Shown piece after piece: positions 17,281 to 26,749 of a DNA stretch of 64,000 nt. Position 1 is the stretch's first letter. Each line of letters opens with the position of its first letter. The notes under the pieces are model-generated. The model saw only the letters and a program-made list of their open reading frames with translations. It was not told where the DNA came from and ran no database searches. A program made the translations under genes and the position numbers. The stretch is from contig JAUSNP010000006.1 in assembly GCA_030645735.1 (NCBI GenBank), positions 68,095-132,094 of the forward strand, read 5' to 3'. The DNA comes from Candidatus Moraniibacteriota bacterium (lineage in GTDB: Bacteria; Patescibacteriota; Minisyncoccia; Moranbacterales; UBA2206).

Positions 17281-19746
17281 ATGTCAAAGAAAAATTTCTT
17301 CAGTTGGTATTATTTGGATGGAACTGGTGAATTGATTGGATTTGTAAAAAATATACTTGCCTATTATTGGCGCTATTTCGGAATTCCGGATCATCTGCGT
17401 CATTTGTTTTCACCTTGGAAAAGGGATGTGGAAGTTTCGGCAGAGCGTGGATTTCATCCATTGATTCGGTTGAATTTTTTCATAATCAATAGTTTTTCTC
17501 GCATCTTGGGAATGATAGTTAAATTGGGTGTGATAAGCACAGGCATTGTGGTTGAATCTGCATTGTTTATCGCCGGCATAACTGTGATCGCTTTCTTTGT
17601 TATCTGTCCAGTGTTGTTGCTGTTGGCAGTCTGGCTGTTTTTGAATGCTAGCAATTTTTGGTTGGTTTGGGTGTGTCTGATTTTTTTGGGCATAGTTATG
17701 CGCGCTCATTTTGTTTATCAAAGAAGTCTCTATCGAGATTTGAGCCTGAAGGAAATTTCCGAGCAAAAATTCTTCGGTCGAATCGCCAACAGGATTGGCA
17801 TCAGTGCGGATGCTTTGGCGATAATTTTTAGATTGGGCCTAGACGACGAAGAGTCAAAGAAAATTTTTGCCTCAGTAGGCTTGGATGCGGATGATGTGCT
17901 GAGGGCAATCAAATGGGAAATTGACACGCAGGAACAAAAAGAAAATCGGCAAAAGTTTTGGAGTAGGGCACGGACTGGAATTGTGCGTCAATTGGGCATC
18001 GGTTGGAAATATGCCTACACAGTTAAGCTTGACCGTTTTGCAACTGACTTGACTGAATTTGACCCATCGGCATATTCGCGCGCGCATCTGGTGGGGCACA
18101 AAAAAGAATTGGGCTTGGTTGAGATCGCTTTGCAAAATCAAACCCGCAACAATGTGATGCTGGTCGGCAGTCCGGGAGCGGGCAAGAAATCTTTGATTCA
18201 TATGCTAGCCAGAAACATTCGTGAGGGCAAGGCAGACGCCTTCTTTGAGGACAAACGGATTGTGCTGTTGGATTTGGGTTCAGCGATTGGCCAAGTTTTG
18301 CAAAAAGGCGGGAATGTAGAAAATTTTCTGGGTCATATTTTTTCTGAAGCCGCCTATGCTGGCAATGTGATTTTGGTGATTGAAAACATTGAGGAATTTT
18401 TAGGCAAAGATTCATCCAATGGACGGCCGAACATCGCGCCAATTTTGCAGGATTTTTTGAATGTACCGACTTTTCAAATCATTGCCACTTCAACGACTAA
18501 AGAATATCACCACTTGATTGAACGGCATGACAATTTGATGAAATATTTCGATGTGGTGGAAATGAGTGATTTCACGGAAGAAGAGGCTTTGCGCGTGGTG
18601 TTGCATAAATTCAGACCTTTGGAAGCTGGAGATGTTTTGTTCACCTACGCTGGATTGAAAGAAATTGTGAAAAAAGCTGGTCGTTATGGCGGGCTCAAGC
18701 CGTTGCCGGAAAAATCAGTTGAACTAGCGGAAGAAGTTTTCAATTATTGGAAAGCAGGGGAGATAGTCAAAAGAATTGATGCGGAAATCGTGGAAGACTT
18801 TGTTTCCATCAAGACGGGTATTCCCGTGGGAAAGATAAGTGACTCAGAGCGGGGCAAGTTGTTGAATTTGGAAGATGACTTGCGCGAGCGAGTGATTGGA
18901 CAAGAGGAGGCTATTGCTGATGCGGCAAGCGCGGTGCGCAAGATTCGTTCTGGCATTGCGCGAGCAAACAAGCCGGCTGGCAGTTTTCTTTTCTTGGGTC
19001 CAACAGGCGTGGGCAAAACAGAAACGGCCAAGGCTTTGGCAGATGTTTATTTTGGCGATGAGAAAAAAATTGTGCGATTGGATATGAGTGAATTTCAAAA
19101 TCCATCAGCAGTTGAATCTTTGATTGGCTCGCAAGCCTTGAATGAACCTGGTCGATTGGGAAGTTTGATGCGCGACAATCCCTACACCGTCTTGCTTATC
19201 GATGAAATTGAAAAAGCCTATCCCAAGATTTTAGATTTATTTTTGCAGGTTTTGGACGAAGGTTATTTGACGGATGCCTTTGGCGACAAAATTGATTTCA
19301 GAAATTGTGTGGTCATTGCCACTTCCAATGCTGGATCATCGCTGATTAGAAAATTGGAAGCTTCGGGTGTGGCTAAAAAAGATGTTGAAAGAGAAGTCAT
19401 AAACGACATCATCGAAAGCGGTACATTCCGACCGGAATTTTTGAATCGCTTCGACAAGGTGGTGGTATATAATATTTTAAATCAAAATGAACTTTTACGC
19501 GTGACGAATATGCTGTTAGACAAGTTGGCGACGCGGGTCAAAAACGAAAAAGATATTGAAGTGAATTTTGCCTCAGGCGTGGCAGAGAAAATTGTAGAAT
19601 TGGGCTACAATGAAATTTTTGGCGCGCGTTCGATCGAGCACTTCATCGGCAACACTTTAGAAAACACGCTGGTGACCAAAATAATCGCCGGCGGACAGGA
19701 AATTGATGACAAAACCATCAATGTTTCCGCTGAAGAAATCGGTTGA
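17281..19746 (+). CDS. ClpA/ClpB-family AAA+ ATPase with N-terminal transmembrane region
   Basis: NBD2 GPTGVGKTE, RLDMSEF, LIDEIEKA, FRPEFLNR, GARSI; hydrophobic N-terminus. Confidence 0.9.
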   Translation: MSKKNFFSWYYLDGTGELIGFVKNILAYYWRYFGIPDHLRHLFSPWKRDVEVSAERGFHPLIRLNFFIINSFSRILGMIVKLGVISTGIVVESALFIAGITVIAFFVICPVLLLLAVWLFLNASNFWLVWVCLIFLGIVMRAHFVYQRSLYRDLSLKEISEQKFFGRIANRIGISADALAIIFRLGLDDEESKKIFASVGLDADDVLRAIKWEIDTQEQKENRQKFWSRARTGIVRQLGIGWKYAYTVKLDRFATDLTEFDPSAYSRAHLVGHKKELGLVEIALQNQTRNNVMLVGSPGAGKKSLIHMLARNIREGKADAFFEDKRIVLLDLGSAIGQVLQKGGNVENFLGHIFSEAAYAGNVILVIENIEEFLGKDSSNGRPNIAPILQDFLNVPTFQIIATSTTKEYHHLIERHDNLMKYFDVVEMSDFTEEEALRVVLHKFRPLEAGDVLFTYAGLKEIVKKAGRYGGLKPLPEKSVELAEEVFNYWKAGEIVKRIDAEIVEDFVSIKTGIPVGKISDSERGKLLNLEDDLRERVIGQEEAIADAASAVRKIRSGIARANKPAGSFLFLGPTGVGKTETAKALADVYFGDEKKIVRLDMSEFQNPSAVESLIGSQALNEPGRLGSLMRDNPYTVLLIDEIEKAYPKILDLFLQVLDEGYLTDAFGDKIDFRNCVVIATSNAGSSLIRKLEASGVAKKDVEREVINDIIESGTFRPEFLNRFDKVVVYNILNQNELLRVTNMLLDKLATRVKNEKDIEVNFASGVAEKIVELGYNEIFGARSIEHFIGNTLENTLVTKIIAGGQEIDDKTINVSAEEIG

Positions 19747-19811
19747 CTTTTCGCCTAAATTGGCATAAGATAGATTATTAATGAAATTTATTGATTTCGG
19801 TCTTTTACAAT
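19743..19811 (+). promoter_or_regulatory. Promoter plus boxA-like element of the purH-fragment module
   Basis: TTGACT-17-TAAGAT; GGTCTTTTACAAT at 19799. Confidence 0.55.
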
Positions 19812-19859
19812 AGGAAAGTAACTTAATCTCAGTATTCACTAAATAAAGGGGAGTGGAAT

Positions 19860-20102
19860 ATGTCCGAAGAAGCCATAGTAGTTTTTAAAAAAGGCGATAA
19901 GGTTCACGTTGATTTCAGGGCTCTCGATAAATTGATCAAAAAAACGAGACCCATATCTGCGAGAAGACTTTTGGGCCTTTTCAATGTAGACAAGATGTAC
20001 ATTATTCACCAGGTCAGTGAGGGTGGCGAAACAGTTGAGTTGGTGGGCTTTGAAGGCGTCCCCTATGACGCGAAACTATTTATTTTGGTCACGCGCCAGT
20101 AG
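19860..20102 (+). CDS. Small hypothetical protein (SH3/KOW-like start FKKGDKVHV)
   Basis: AAGGGGAG SD, 80 aa. Confidence 0.6.
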   Translation: MSEEAIVVFKKGDKVHVDFRALDKLIKKTRPISARRLLGLFNVDKMYIIHQVSEGGETVELVGFEGVPYDAKLFILVTRQ

Positions 20103-20183
20103 TGCTGAAGTGAAAACGCGCACCTGATTGCGCCAAAAAAACATATCTTTTTGTTGTCAGGGACAAAAGGAGAGGAGGATGAA

Positions 20184-20822
20184 ATGAAGAAGGACACAAA
20201 TCCCAAAAGGAAGATTGAAAGGGCCTTGATTAGCCTGACTGACAAGGCAGGTATTGAGGAATTTGCCCGACACCTGCAGGAGCTGGGAGTGGAGATTCTT
20301 TCCACTGGCGGCACTGCCAAAAAGATGCGGGAGAGCGGTATCAAGGTGATGGACGTTTCCGAATTCACCGGCTTTCCCGAGATGCTGGACGGCCGGGTTA
20401 AAACCCTGCATCCCAAGGTGCACGGCGGGATTCTGGCCCAGAAGACCAACCCCGAGCACCTGACCCAGATGGCCGCCCACGGCCTGTTGCCCATCGATCT
20501 GGTCGCCGTCAACCTCTATGCCTTTGAAAAGACCGTCGCCAAGGGAGACTGCAGTCTGGCCGAAGCCATTGAGAACATCGATATTGGCGGGCCGACCATG
20601 TTGCGGGCTGCGGCCAAGAACTATCGTGACGTCACCGTGCTGGTCGATCCCGCCGACTATCCCCAGGTCATCGCCGAGATGCGGGTGACCGGCAACACCA
20701 CCCTCAAAACCCGTTTCCGGCTGGCCTGCAAGGTATTCTTCCTAACCAGTACCTACGACACAGCCATCTCGGACTGGCTCGAGAAGATCAATGTTGAGAC
20801 CCACCAAGAGCTTCAAGATTGA
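20184..20822 (+). CDS. purH: Stand-alone IMP cyclohydrolase (PurH N-terminal/MGS-like domain), high GC
   Basis: [47 protein letters not shown]; no AICAR transformylase domain; GGAGG SD. Confidence 0.9.
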   Translation: MKKDTNPKRKIERALISLTDKAGIEEFARHLQELGVEILSTGGTAKKMRESGIKVMDVSEFTGFPEMLDGRVKTLHPKVHGGILAQKTNPEHLTQMAAHGLLPIDLVAVNLYAFEKTVAKGDCSLAEAIENIDIGGPTMLRAAAKNYRDVTVLVDPADYPQVIAEMRVTGNTTLKTRFRLACKVFFLTSTYDTAISDWLEKINVETHQELQD

Positions 20823-20853
20823 GGCCCGAAGTGAAATGCTACAAGCTTTAAAT

Positions 20854-20892
20854 GAGGCCGGTTCCACTCTTGGAATCGGCCTTAGATTTTTT
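20854..20892 (+). terminator. Intrinsic terminator
   Basis: GAGGCCGGTTCCA-CTCT-TGGAATCGGCCTT followed by a T-tract. Confidence 0.7.
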
Positions 20893-20921
20893 ATAGAGCA
20901 GAAAAATATTTCTAAAATAGA

Positions 20922-21872
20922 TTACAAATTTTTCAATTTCTTTTTTCGCACCACATACATCGGTCGCTTGATAACTTCGATGTGGATGTTGGCAATGTAG
21001 AGTGAAATGAGGCCGATGGAAATCAGGAGGATGCCGACCAAAAAAATGATAAGGATGGCGAGGCTTTCTGAATCGGAAAAAGTTGAGGCGAATTCCCAGT
21101 GCAGGATATATTTGCCTATCAAAACATACAATCCAGACAGTCCAGAAAGCAGGGTAGTCAGAAGGCCTAGATAGCCGGCGAGCTTGAGGGGCACAAAACT
21201 GAGTGACACGAAACTGTTGAGAGCCAGTTTGCTGAGCTTCCAGAAGCTATAGCTGGCGTCACCATGCAGGCGTTCGTTGGCCTCAAAGTGGATGTAGGCG
21301 CGTCGGAAGCCGAGCCAATCGATGAGTCCACGAGTCATGCGATTGGTTTCAGTGAAGCGATTGAATTCGTCAATCACAACTCTGTCTAGCAGACGGAAAT
21401 CAGTTGAATTTGGCATAACTGGTTCTTCAACTATGGTGTTTAAAATTTTATAAAATAATTTTGAGCCAAGCGCTTTGAGCAATGAAATATTTTTGCTCTT
21501 TTTCCGTACGCCCACCACCACTTCAAAGCCCTGTTCCCATTTTTCCAGAAATTTTGGAATGAGTTCAGCCGGATGTTGCAAGTCAGCGTCAATCATGATG
21601 CAGGCGTCACCAGAACAATTGTTGAGCCCAGCGGTAGTAGCAACCTCTTTGCCGAAGTTTCTGGAAAAATCAATGTATTGCACAGCAGAATCTTCAATGA
21701 CTAATTTTTCAATTTCACTGCCTGTTTCGTCGGTGCTGCCGTCATTGATGAAAATAATTTCATGGGCATATTTGTCACTCAGAGTCTGAAAAATTTTTTC
21801 TAATTTTTCATAAAGTGGATGGATGTTTTTGGCTTCATTGTGAGCAGGAATGATGATAGAAATTGTTTTCAT
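20922..21872 (-). CDS. GT2 glycosyltransferase (GtrB/ArnC-like polyprenol-phosphate glycosyltransferase)
   Basis: IPAHNE, NDGSTD, SRNFGKE, DADLQHP, two C-terminal TM helices. Confidence 0.9.
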   Translation of the reverse strand: MKTISIIIPAHNEAKNIHPLYEKLEKIFQTLSDKYAHEIIFINDGSTDETGSEIEKLVIEDSAVQYIDFSRNFGKEVATTAGLNNCSGDACIMIDADLQHPAELIPKFLEKWEQGFEVVVGVRKKSKNISLLKALGSKLFYKILNTIVEEPVMPNSTDFRLLDRVVIDEFNRFTETNRMTRGLIDWLGFRRAYIHFEANERLHGDASYSFWKLSKLALNSFVSLSFVPLKLAGYLGLLTTLLSGLSGLYVLIGKYILHWEFASTFSDSESLAILIIFLVGILLISIGLISLYIANIHIEVIKRPMYVVRKKKLKNL

Positions 21873-21991
21873 AGTTTTAGAGCTTGGCAGTGGCCAGCCA
21901 AGGCATTATTACACTGGTATTATAGCACATATTTTTGTGGTATACTGAATAGGTAGAAAATACTAATCTTTATTTTGAAAGGAGGTGTTTT

Positions 21992-22603
21992 ATGAATAAA
22001 AATATAATTGTTGGCGTAGTTGTAGCTATCATTGTGTTGGGTGCAGGCGCTTTCTTTTTCATGAAAGGGAAATCTGTCAATGCTCCAGTAAACGGTGTCG
22101 CCAATCAAGTTGTTGAACAAGGCGGAGTGACATCTGCTGTGAAACAAGGTTTGATGGGTATGTTGGAAAATGCCACTGGTGTGAAGTGTTCCGTGTCTGA
22201 TGCAACTGGCAGTTATACCGTCATTGCCAAAGGTGAGAAAGCTAGAATCGAAGGTATGAATTTTGCCAATCCATCTGATCCAACGCAAAAAGATGAGCGT
22301 GGCACGATGATCAACAATGGCGACTGGGCTTTCATTTGGAGCGGCAAGGAAGGCATGAAATTCAATATGAAAGAAATGCAAGCAGCCAATCCACAAACAG
22401 CGGCTGAAGAGCCAACTGATTGGAGAGGTTGGGCCGCTGAAATGCAAAACTCTGGTGCCAAATATGAGTGCAATCCGACCGTGGCAACTGATTTAGATTT
22501 CACTCCGCCAGCAGATGTGAAATTTCAAGATTTAGGTGAAATGATGAGAGGTTTCCAGAATATGCAAAATAACACCCAAATCCCGCCGATGCCAGTGCAA
22601 TAA
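21992..22603 (+). CDS. Membrane-anchored hypothetical protein
   Basis: AAAGGAGGTG SD, N-terminal TM helix, followed by a terminator. Confidence 0.8.
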   Translation: MNKNIIVGVVVAIIVLGAGAFFFMKGKSVNAPVNGVANQVVEQGGVTSAVKQGLMGMLENATGVKCSVSDATGSYTVIAKGEKARIEGMNFANPSDPTQKDERGTMINNGDWAFIWSGKEGMKFNMKEMQAANPQTAAEEPTDWRGWAAEMQNSGAKYECNPTVATDLDFTPPADVKFQDLGEMMRGFQNMQNNTQIPPMPVQ

Positions 22604-22619
22604 AATAGTAATATTTTGC

Positions 22620-22648
22620 AAAAAAGCTACCCCATGGTAGCTTTTTTT
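22620..22648. terminator. Intrinsic terminator
   Basis: AAAAAAGCTACC-CCAT-GGTAGCTTTTTTT. Confidence 0.8.
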
Positions 22649-22735
22649 GTTTTGGAGGTAATATGTTAATAATCCTTTGACTTTTTAGCGGTTTGGTGCT
22701 AGGATGTTCTATCTAAGCAAATAAGCTTTTCTCCT

Positions 22736-23752
22736 ATGAAAACAGGCTTTTTAATAGAATATGCTCGTCGCCACTGGATACTTTTTCGAAGAGTTTTTTT
22801 GCATAAAAAAAATCTTCAACGCGACCTGCTTGTCATTGTTTTGTCTATAATTATTGCCGCGCTTTTCATTTTGGTGGATAAGGATGTATCTTTTCGTTCG
22901 ATCGGCCAGTCATTATTTGCAAACTTTAACTGGCAAAAAACAATTGAAATTAGTGATAACAAACCAGTAGAGCTATCCGATGAAGCAATGGCTGTAGAAA
23001 TTCACACTGTCCAAGGAATGTTCAACTTGAATCAATGGAAAGATTATCGCAGTCAGTGGTATGGTATTGAAATAAAATATCCGGAAACTTGGAATGCTCC
23101 GGTGGCGCGAGCCGCTGCGAGTGGTTCAAAATGGGAATATAAATATCAGTTCAGCAAAAAAGATGTGAAGGATTCGGATTTGTATGCCGGTTTTGATTTG
23201 ATGGTTTATAATTTGGCTAAAACCAAGGAAGTCTCCAATACTGAAGAATTTCCGGTTTTGAAAAATATTGAACAATGTCAAAATGCGCAGGTTCACCTGA
23301 TTGAAACTGGTGATTATCCAGCCGAAGAGATTTATGTCCCGCAATCGGACGATTGCTATAATCCGACATTGTTCTTCAGTTTTACACGAGGAGAATATAT
23401 CTATAACCTCGTGCCATTCGTGAAGCCTGGTGTTGAAATGCTGGGTGATCCGCGCGTGGAAATTGTGGACAATTTTCCGGAATTTTTTGCGGCAGCTTCA
23501 TCACTCAATATTGTTGATATTGTGCGTCCAAAACCGGTTGTTGTAGTTTCAAAGCCCAGAGTATATGCGCCAATGCCGATTACTTTTAAAAAATCTAGCA
23601 AAGGCTTGGTTTGCGCCAAAGCTAATGATCATCCTAGCAAAAGCAATAAAGGCAAGGGTAAACATATGGATATGGAATGCTGTTTGGATCCGGATGAATA
23701 CCCAAATCCAAACTGTCATTATTCTGAATCTAAATACGGCAAATATCTATAG
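22736..23752 (+). CDS. Membrane-anchored hypothetical protein with Cys-rich C-terminal domain
   Basis: TM helix, WKDY..YGIEIKYPETW motif, C-terminal C..CCLDPDE.PNP.C. Confidence 0.75.
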   Translation: MKTGFLIEYARRHWILFRRVFLHKKNLQRDLLVIVLSIIIAALFILVDKDVSFRSIGQSLFANFNWQKTIEISDNKPVELSDEAMAVEIHTVQGMFNLNQWKDYRSQWYGIEIKYPETWNAPVARAAASGSKWEYKYQFSKKDVKDSDLYAGFDLMVYNLAKTKEVSNTEEFPVLKNIEQCQNAQVHLIETGDYPAEEIYVPQSDDCYNPTLFFSFTRGEYIYNLVPFVKPGVEMLGDPRVEIVDNFPEFFAAASSLNIVDIVRPKPVVVVSKPRVYAPMPITFKKSSKGLVCAKANDHPSKSNKGKGKHMDMECCLDPDEYPNPNCHYSESKYGKYL

Positions 23753-23842
23753 AACTTTTTGATATATACAACGCCAACAAGTGAACTCTTGCTGGCGTTT
23801 TTATTTATTTCAATTCTGTATTAGAATGAGGGTGTAAACATA

Positions 23843-24029
23843 AGAGCCTGTTCATAATCTCAACGCTAATAATAAAAACTAACATATTGCTTGCCTGCTA
23901 AAATATTCCTAATTTCGGCTGCAAACCCTTCAAAGCTCGTCAGGTTATCTCGATAGCCTTTCTCACTTTTCATGGTTTTCGCACGAAATTAGAAAATTTT
24001 ATCTAGGCATGAGATTATGAACAGGCTCT
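23843..24029. repeat. Long hairpin element, copy B (MITE-like or structured RNA)
   Basis: 20-bp perfect terminal inverted repeat AGAGCCTGTTCATAATCTCA; inner core shared with copy A. Confidence 0.8.
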
Positions 24030-24038
24030 AAAAAATAT

Positions 24039-24716
24039 ATGAGCAATGCATTTGAAATTTATCATGAGGACATCGTGGATAGAAATAGCAAGGATAAGAT
24101 AATTGAGGCTATTCTCAAGCATATCGGCGATATTGAAATTTTTTTCAAGAGTGATTATGTCCACAAAACTAGGAAACAAGAATTTGGATTTCATATACCT
24201 GAACAGTTTGAGGTTTTACGAAATATTCAAATATTGAAAGAGCGGGTGAATGAGATATCTAAAGAAGATCCTGAGATGATTTGGCAAAATCACATGGCGC
24301 ATGTTTTGGGAAACTCAATCACAACTTTTGCTGGAGCTTCAGCAATGAAGTTTGAGCACGGTGATTTTTATAGCAAGGATGATGAAGAAAAACATTTTCC
24401 GATTGAACGCTTCAAGCTCATCAAAGATCATATGGAGCTGATGTTATTTTATATTAAAGAACTGCAAAACAACCCAGATTTAATCAAAGAAGAAATTGAT
24501 TCAAGCGCGGGCTATTTGAAGCATTTTGTTGAATTTTTGTCTTGCGATTTGCCAACGCAAACCCCAGAACAGCTCAAATTGTTCAAGTTTTTTCATGAAT
24601 TGAAAGAAGGTAAAATAACCCCAGAAAATTTCTTTGAAGCCAGTGCAGAGGTGCAAAAATATTTAGATGTTGAAAAAGTTAAAAATGAGTTATTAGCTGA
24701 GGATGAAAACAAATAG
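24039..24716 (+). CDS. Hypothetical protein
   Basis: 225-aa ORF; weak H-box-like segment MAHVLGNSIT. Confidence 0.7.
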   Translation: MSNAFEIYHEDIVDRNSKDKIIEAILKHIGDIEIFFKSDYVHKTRKQEFGFHIPEQFEVLRNIQILKERVNEISKEDPEMIWQNHMAHVLGNSITTFAGASAMKFEHGDFYSKDDEEKHFPIERFKLIKDHMELMLFYIKELQNNPDLIKEEIDSSAGYLKHFVEFLSCDLPTQTPEQLKLFKFFHELKEGKITPENFFEASAEVQKYLDVEKVKNELLAEDENK

Positions 24717-24732
24717 TCTCAATTGCGTAGTA
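24704..24732 (+). promoter_or_regulatory. Candidate ECF-sigma promoter 1
   Basis: TGAAAAC-N15-CGTAGTA upstream of the sigma gene. Confidence 0.55.
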
Positions 24733-24752
24733 TATTTGCACAGAATTAAATT

Positions 24753-25328
24753 ATGATTGAAGAAAAGGCGCTAACAGACGCACAATTGGTTGAATCGGCC
24801 AAACTCAATCCGGAATCTTTCGGGTTTTTGATGGAGCGTTATCAGGGTTCGCTTTTTCATTATATCCGCCGTTTGACCCAGCTTCAGAATGATGATGTGC
24901 AGGATTTGTTGCAGGAAGTGTTCATCAAGATTTATCAGAATTTGAATGCCTATGATAGCGATTTGAAATTTTCCAGTTGGGCCTATCGCATCGCGCACAA
25001 TCAGGTGATCGACCATTTCCGCCGAGTCAGTAGCCGGCCGAAAACCAACGCGCTAGAAGATTATGAATGGGACAAGCTCATTCAAGCCAGCGTGCATTTG
25101 GAAAAGGAATTGGCTAACAAAGATTGCGTGGAAAAAATAAAAAGTTGCATCCAGGATTTGCCAATGAAATATAAAGAAATTTTGATTTTGCGTTTTGTGG
25201 AAGAAAAAGAATATGAAGAGATTATGGATATCTTGCGCAAACCCAAAGGCACAGTCGCCACACTCATTGCGCGAGGCAAGCAAGAGTTGAAGAAAAAAAT
25301 GAAAGAACAAAGCATAGATTGCTTTTAA
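24753..25328 (+). CDS. ECF RNA polymerase sigma factor (SigW-like)
   Basis: DLLQEVFIKIY, FSSWAYRIAHN, region 4 EIMDIL..PKGTV..LIARG. Confidence 0.92.
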   Translation: MIEEKALTDAQLVESAKLNPESFGFLMERYQGSLFHYIRRLTQLQNDDVQDLLQEVFIKIYQNLNAYDSDLKFSSWAYRIAHNQVIDHFRRVSSRPKTNALEDYEWDKLIQASVHLEKELANKDCVEKIKSCIQDLPMKYKEILILRFVEEKEYEEIMDILRKPKGTVATLIARGKQELKKKMKEQSIDCF

Positions 25329-25335
25329 TGAAAAT

Positions 25336-25414
25336 TGTCATCCTGAACCTCTTGCCTGCTGGCAGGGATTCAGGGTCTACCCAGAGTGGATTCCGGGTCA
25401 AGCCCGGAATGACA
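25336..25414. repeat. Palindromic intergenic repeat (TGTCAT...ATGACA, GGATTCCGGGTCAAGCCCGGAATGAC arm)
   Basis: Nested inverted repeats; related to 54107-54207. Confidence 0.75.
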
Positions 25415-25430
25415 GATTAATATAAACAAT

Positions 25431-26180
25431 ATGAAAAACCTGATTCAAGACACGCTGAATAAAATCAAACAAGAACATATCGCGCCAGAGCCGAGATGGA
25501 AGTTTTTGTCACGCAAAATTGGAATTTGGATCGGAATCATCGCGGTGGTTGCCTTGGGAGCGCTAGTGATTTCTGTGGTCTATTTTTTGCTTGCGCAATT
25601 GGACTGGGATGTCTATCCGTTGATGCATCAAAACATATTTACATATGGGCTATCGGTCATGCCATATTTTTGGCTGGCATTTTTGGCTGTTTTGGCATTG
25701 CTGGCATTTTTGGCGGTGCGCAAAACTGAGAATGGCTATCGTTTCAATTGGTTGTTGATTGTTTTTTCAATTGCGATTGGAATTTTGGCAATTGGATTTT
25801 TCATATCGCGTGTCGGTTGGGGTGGACGATTCAACGGGATGATGATGCATCAAATGCCATATTACGCGCAAAATGTTGCGACCAAGGAAAAGCAATGGAT
25901 GCAACCCGAGGCAGGTTTTCTGGCTGGCACGATTCATACTGTTTCAGGCAGTACGCTTGAAATTGATGACCTAAATAATAGTACTTGGAATGTTCAACTG
26001 ACCAAGCAAACACTAATACGTCCATCGGTTACGCTTGCGCAAGGACAGATGATAAAAATCATCGGCACGCGAAAAGACGCACAGAATTTTGTGGCGTCAG
26101 AAATCCGTCCGTGGGTGGGTCAAGGGATGATGGGCTCAGGACAGGGCCGAGGAATGATGAACAATTTCATCAGAAACTAG
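25431..26180 (+). CDS. Membrane protein, putative anti-sigma, with C-terminal OB-like (DUF5666-like) domain
   Basis: Three TM helices, position after the ECF sigma gene. Confidence 0.65.
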   Translation: MKNLIQDTLNKIKQEHIAPEPRWKFLSRKIGIWIGIIAVVALGALVISVVYFLLAQLDWDVYPLMHQNIFTYGLSVMPYFWLAFLAVLALLAFLAVRKTENGYRFNWLLIVFSIAIGILAIGFFISRVGWGGRFNGMMMHQMPYYAQNVATKEKQWMQPEAGFLAGTIHTVSGSTLEIDDLNNSTWNVQLTKQTLIRPSVTLAQGQMIKIIGTRKDAQNFVASEIRPWVGQGMMGSGQGRGMMNNFIRN

Positions 26181-26209
26181 TGAAAACTTTTTTAATTGCG
26201 GGCGTAATA
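26181..26209 (+). promoter_or_regulatory. Candidate ECF-sigma promoter 2
   Basis: TGAAAAC-N15-CGTAATA, same spacing as at 24704. Confidence 0.55.
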
Positions 26210-26251
26210 CATTATGCTAGCAGCAATTAATTAAAATAATCACTAAAAACA

Positions 26252-26674
26252 ATGAATAAAAAAATGATTATGTTGGGTGGTCTTGGCTTGGTGGCGTTGG
26301 GCGCCGTAGCGCTTGCAACTGGCACTTATGCCTATCAAGGTAATCCAGCCAAATTTGGACCAAACTACACACCTGAACGGCATGCGCAAATGCAAAAAGC
26401 TTTTGAAAGCAATGATTATGCAGCCTGGAAAGCGCAAATGGGCGATCGTGGCGCAACTCGCATAGTGAATGAGCAAAATTTTGCGCGCTTTTCACAAATG
26501 CACAAATTGATGCTGGAAGGCAAAACAACCGAAGCCAATGCTATTCGCTCCGAACTTGGCTTGGGACAAGGCGGTGGCCAAGGTCGCGGAATGATGAATG
26601 GTCAGCGTGGACAAAATCAAGGAGGAAATTTTGTTGACGTCAACAAAGATGGCATTTGCGACCATATGCAATAA
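26252..26674 (+). CDS. Secreted Gly/Met-rich protein with C-terminal DxNxDG motif
   Basis: Signal peptide, FVDVNKDGICD. Confidence 0.75.
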   Translation: MNKKMIMLGGLGLVALGAVALATGTYAYQGNPAKFGPNYTPERHAQMQKAFESNDYAAWKAQMGDRGATRIVNEQNFARFSQMHKLMLEGKTTEANAIRSELGLGQGGGQGRGMMNGQRGQNQGGNFVDVNKDGICDHMQ

Positions 26675-26749
26675 AAGTGAAGATAGGCAAAGAGGATATC
26701 AAAAAATATCCTCTTTGTTTTGAAAAGACTAATAATTTTTTTATACACG

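Noticed and set aside
20103-20183. ZTP or purine riboswitch, or a third ECF promoter, upstream of purH
   Set aside because: No recognisable aptamer motifs; TGAAAAC at 20111 lacks CGTA at the required spacing.
24039-24716. Histidine kinase
   Set aside because: Only a weak H-box-like segment; no N/G1/F/G2 ATPase boxes.
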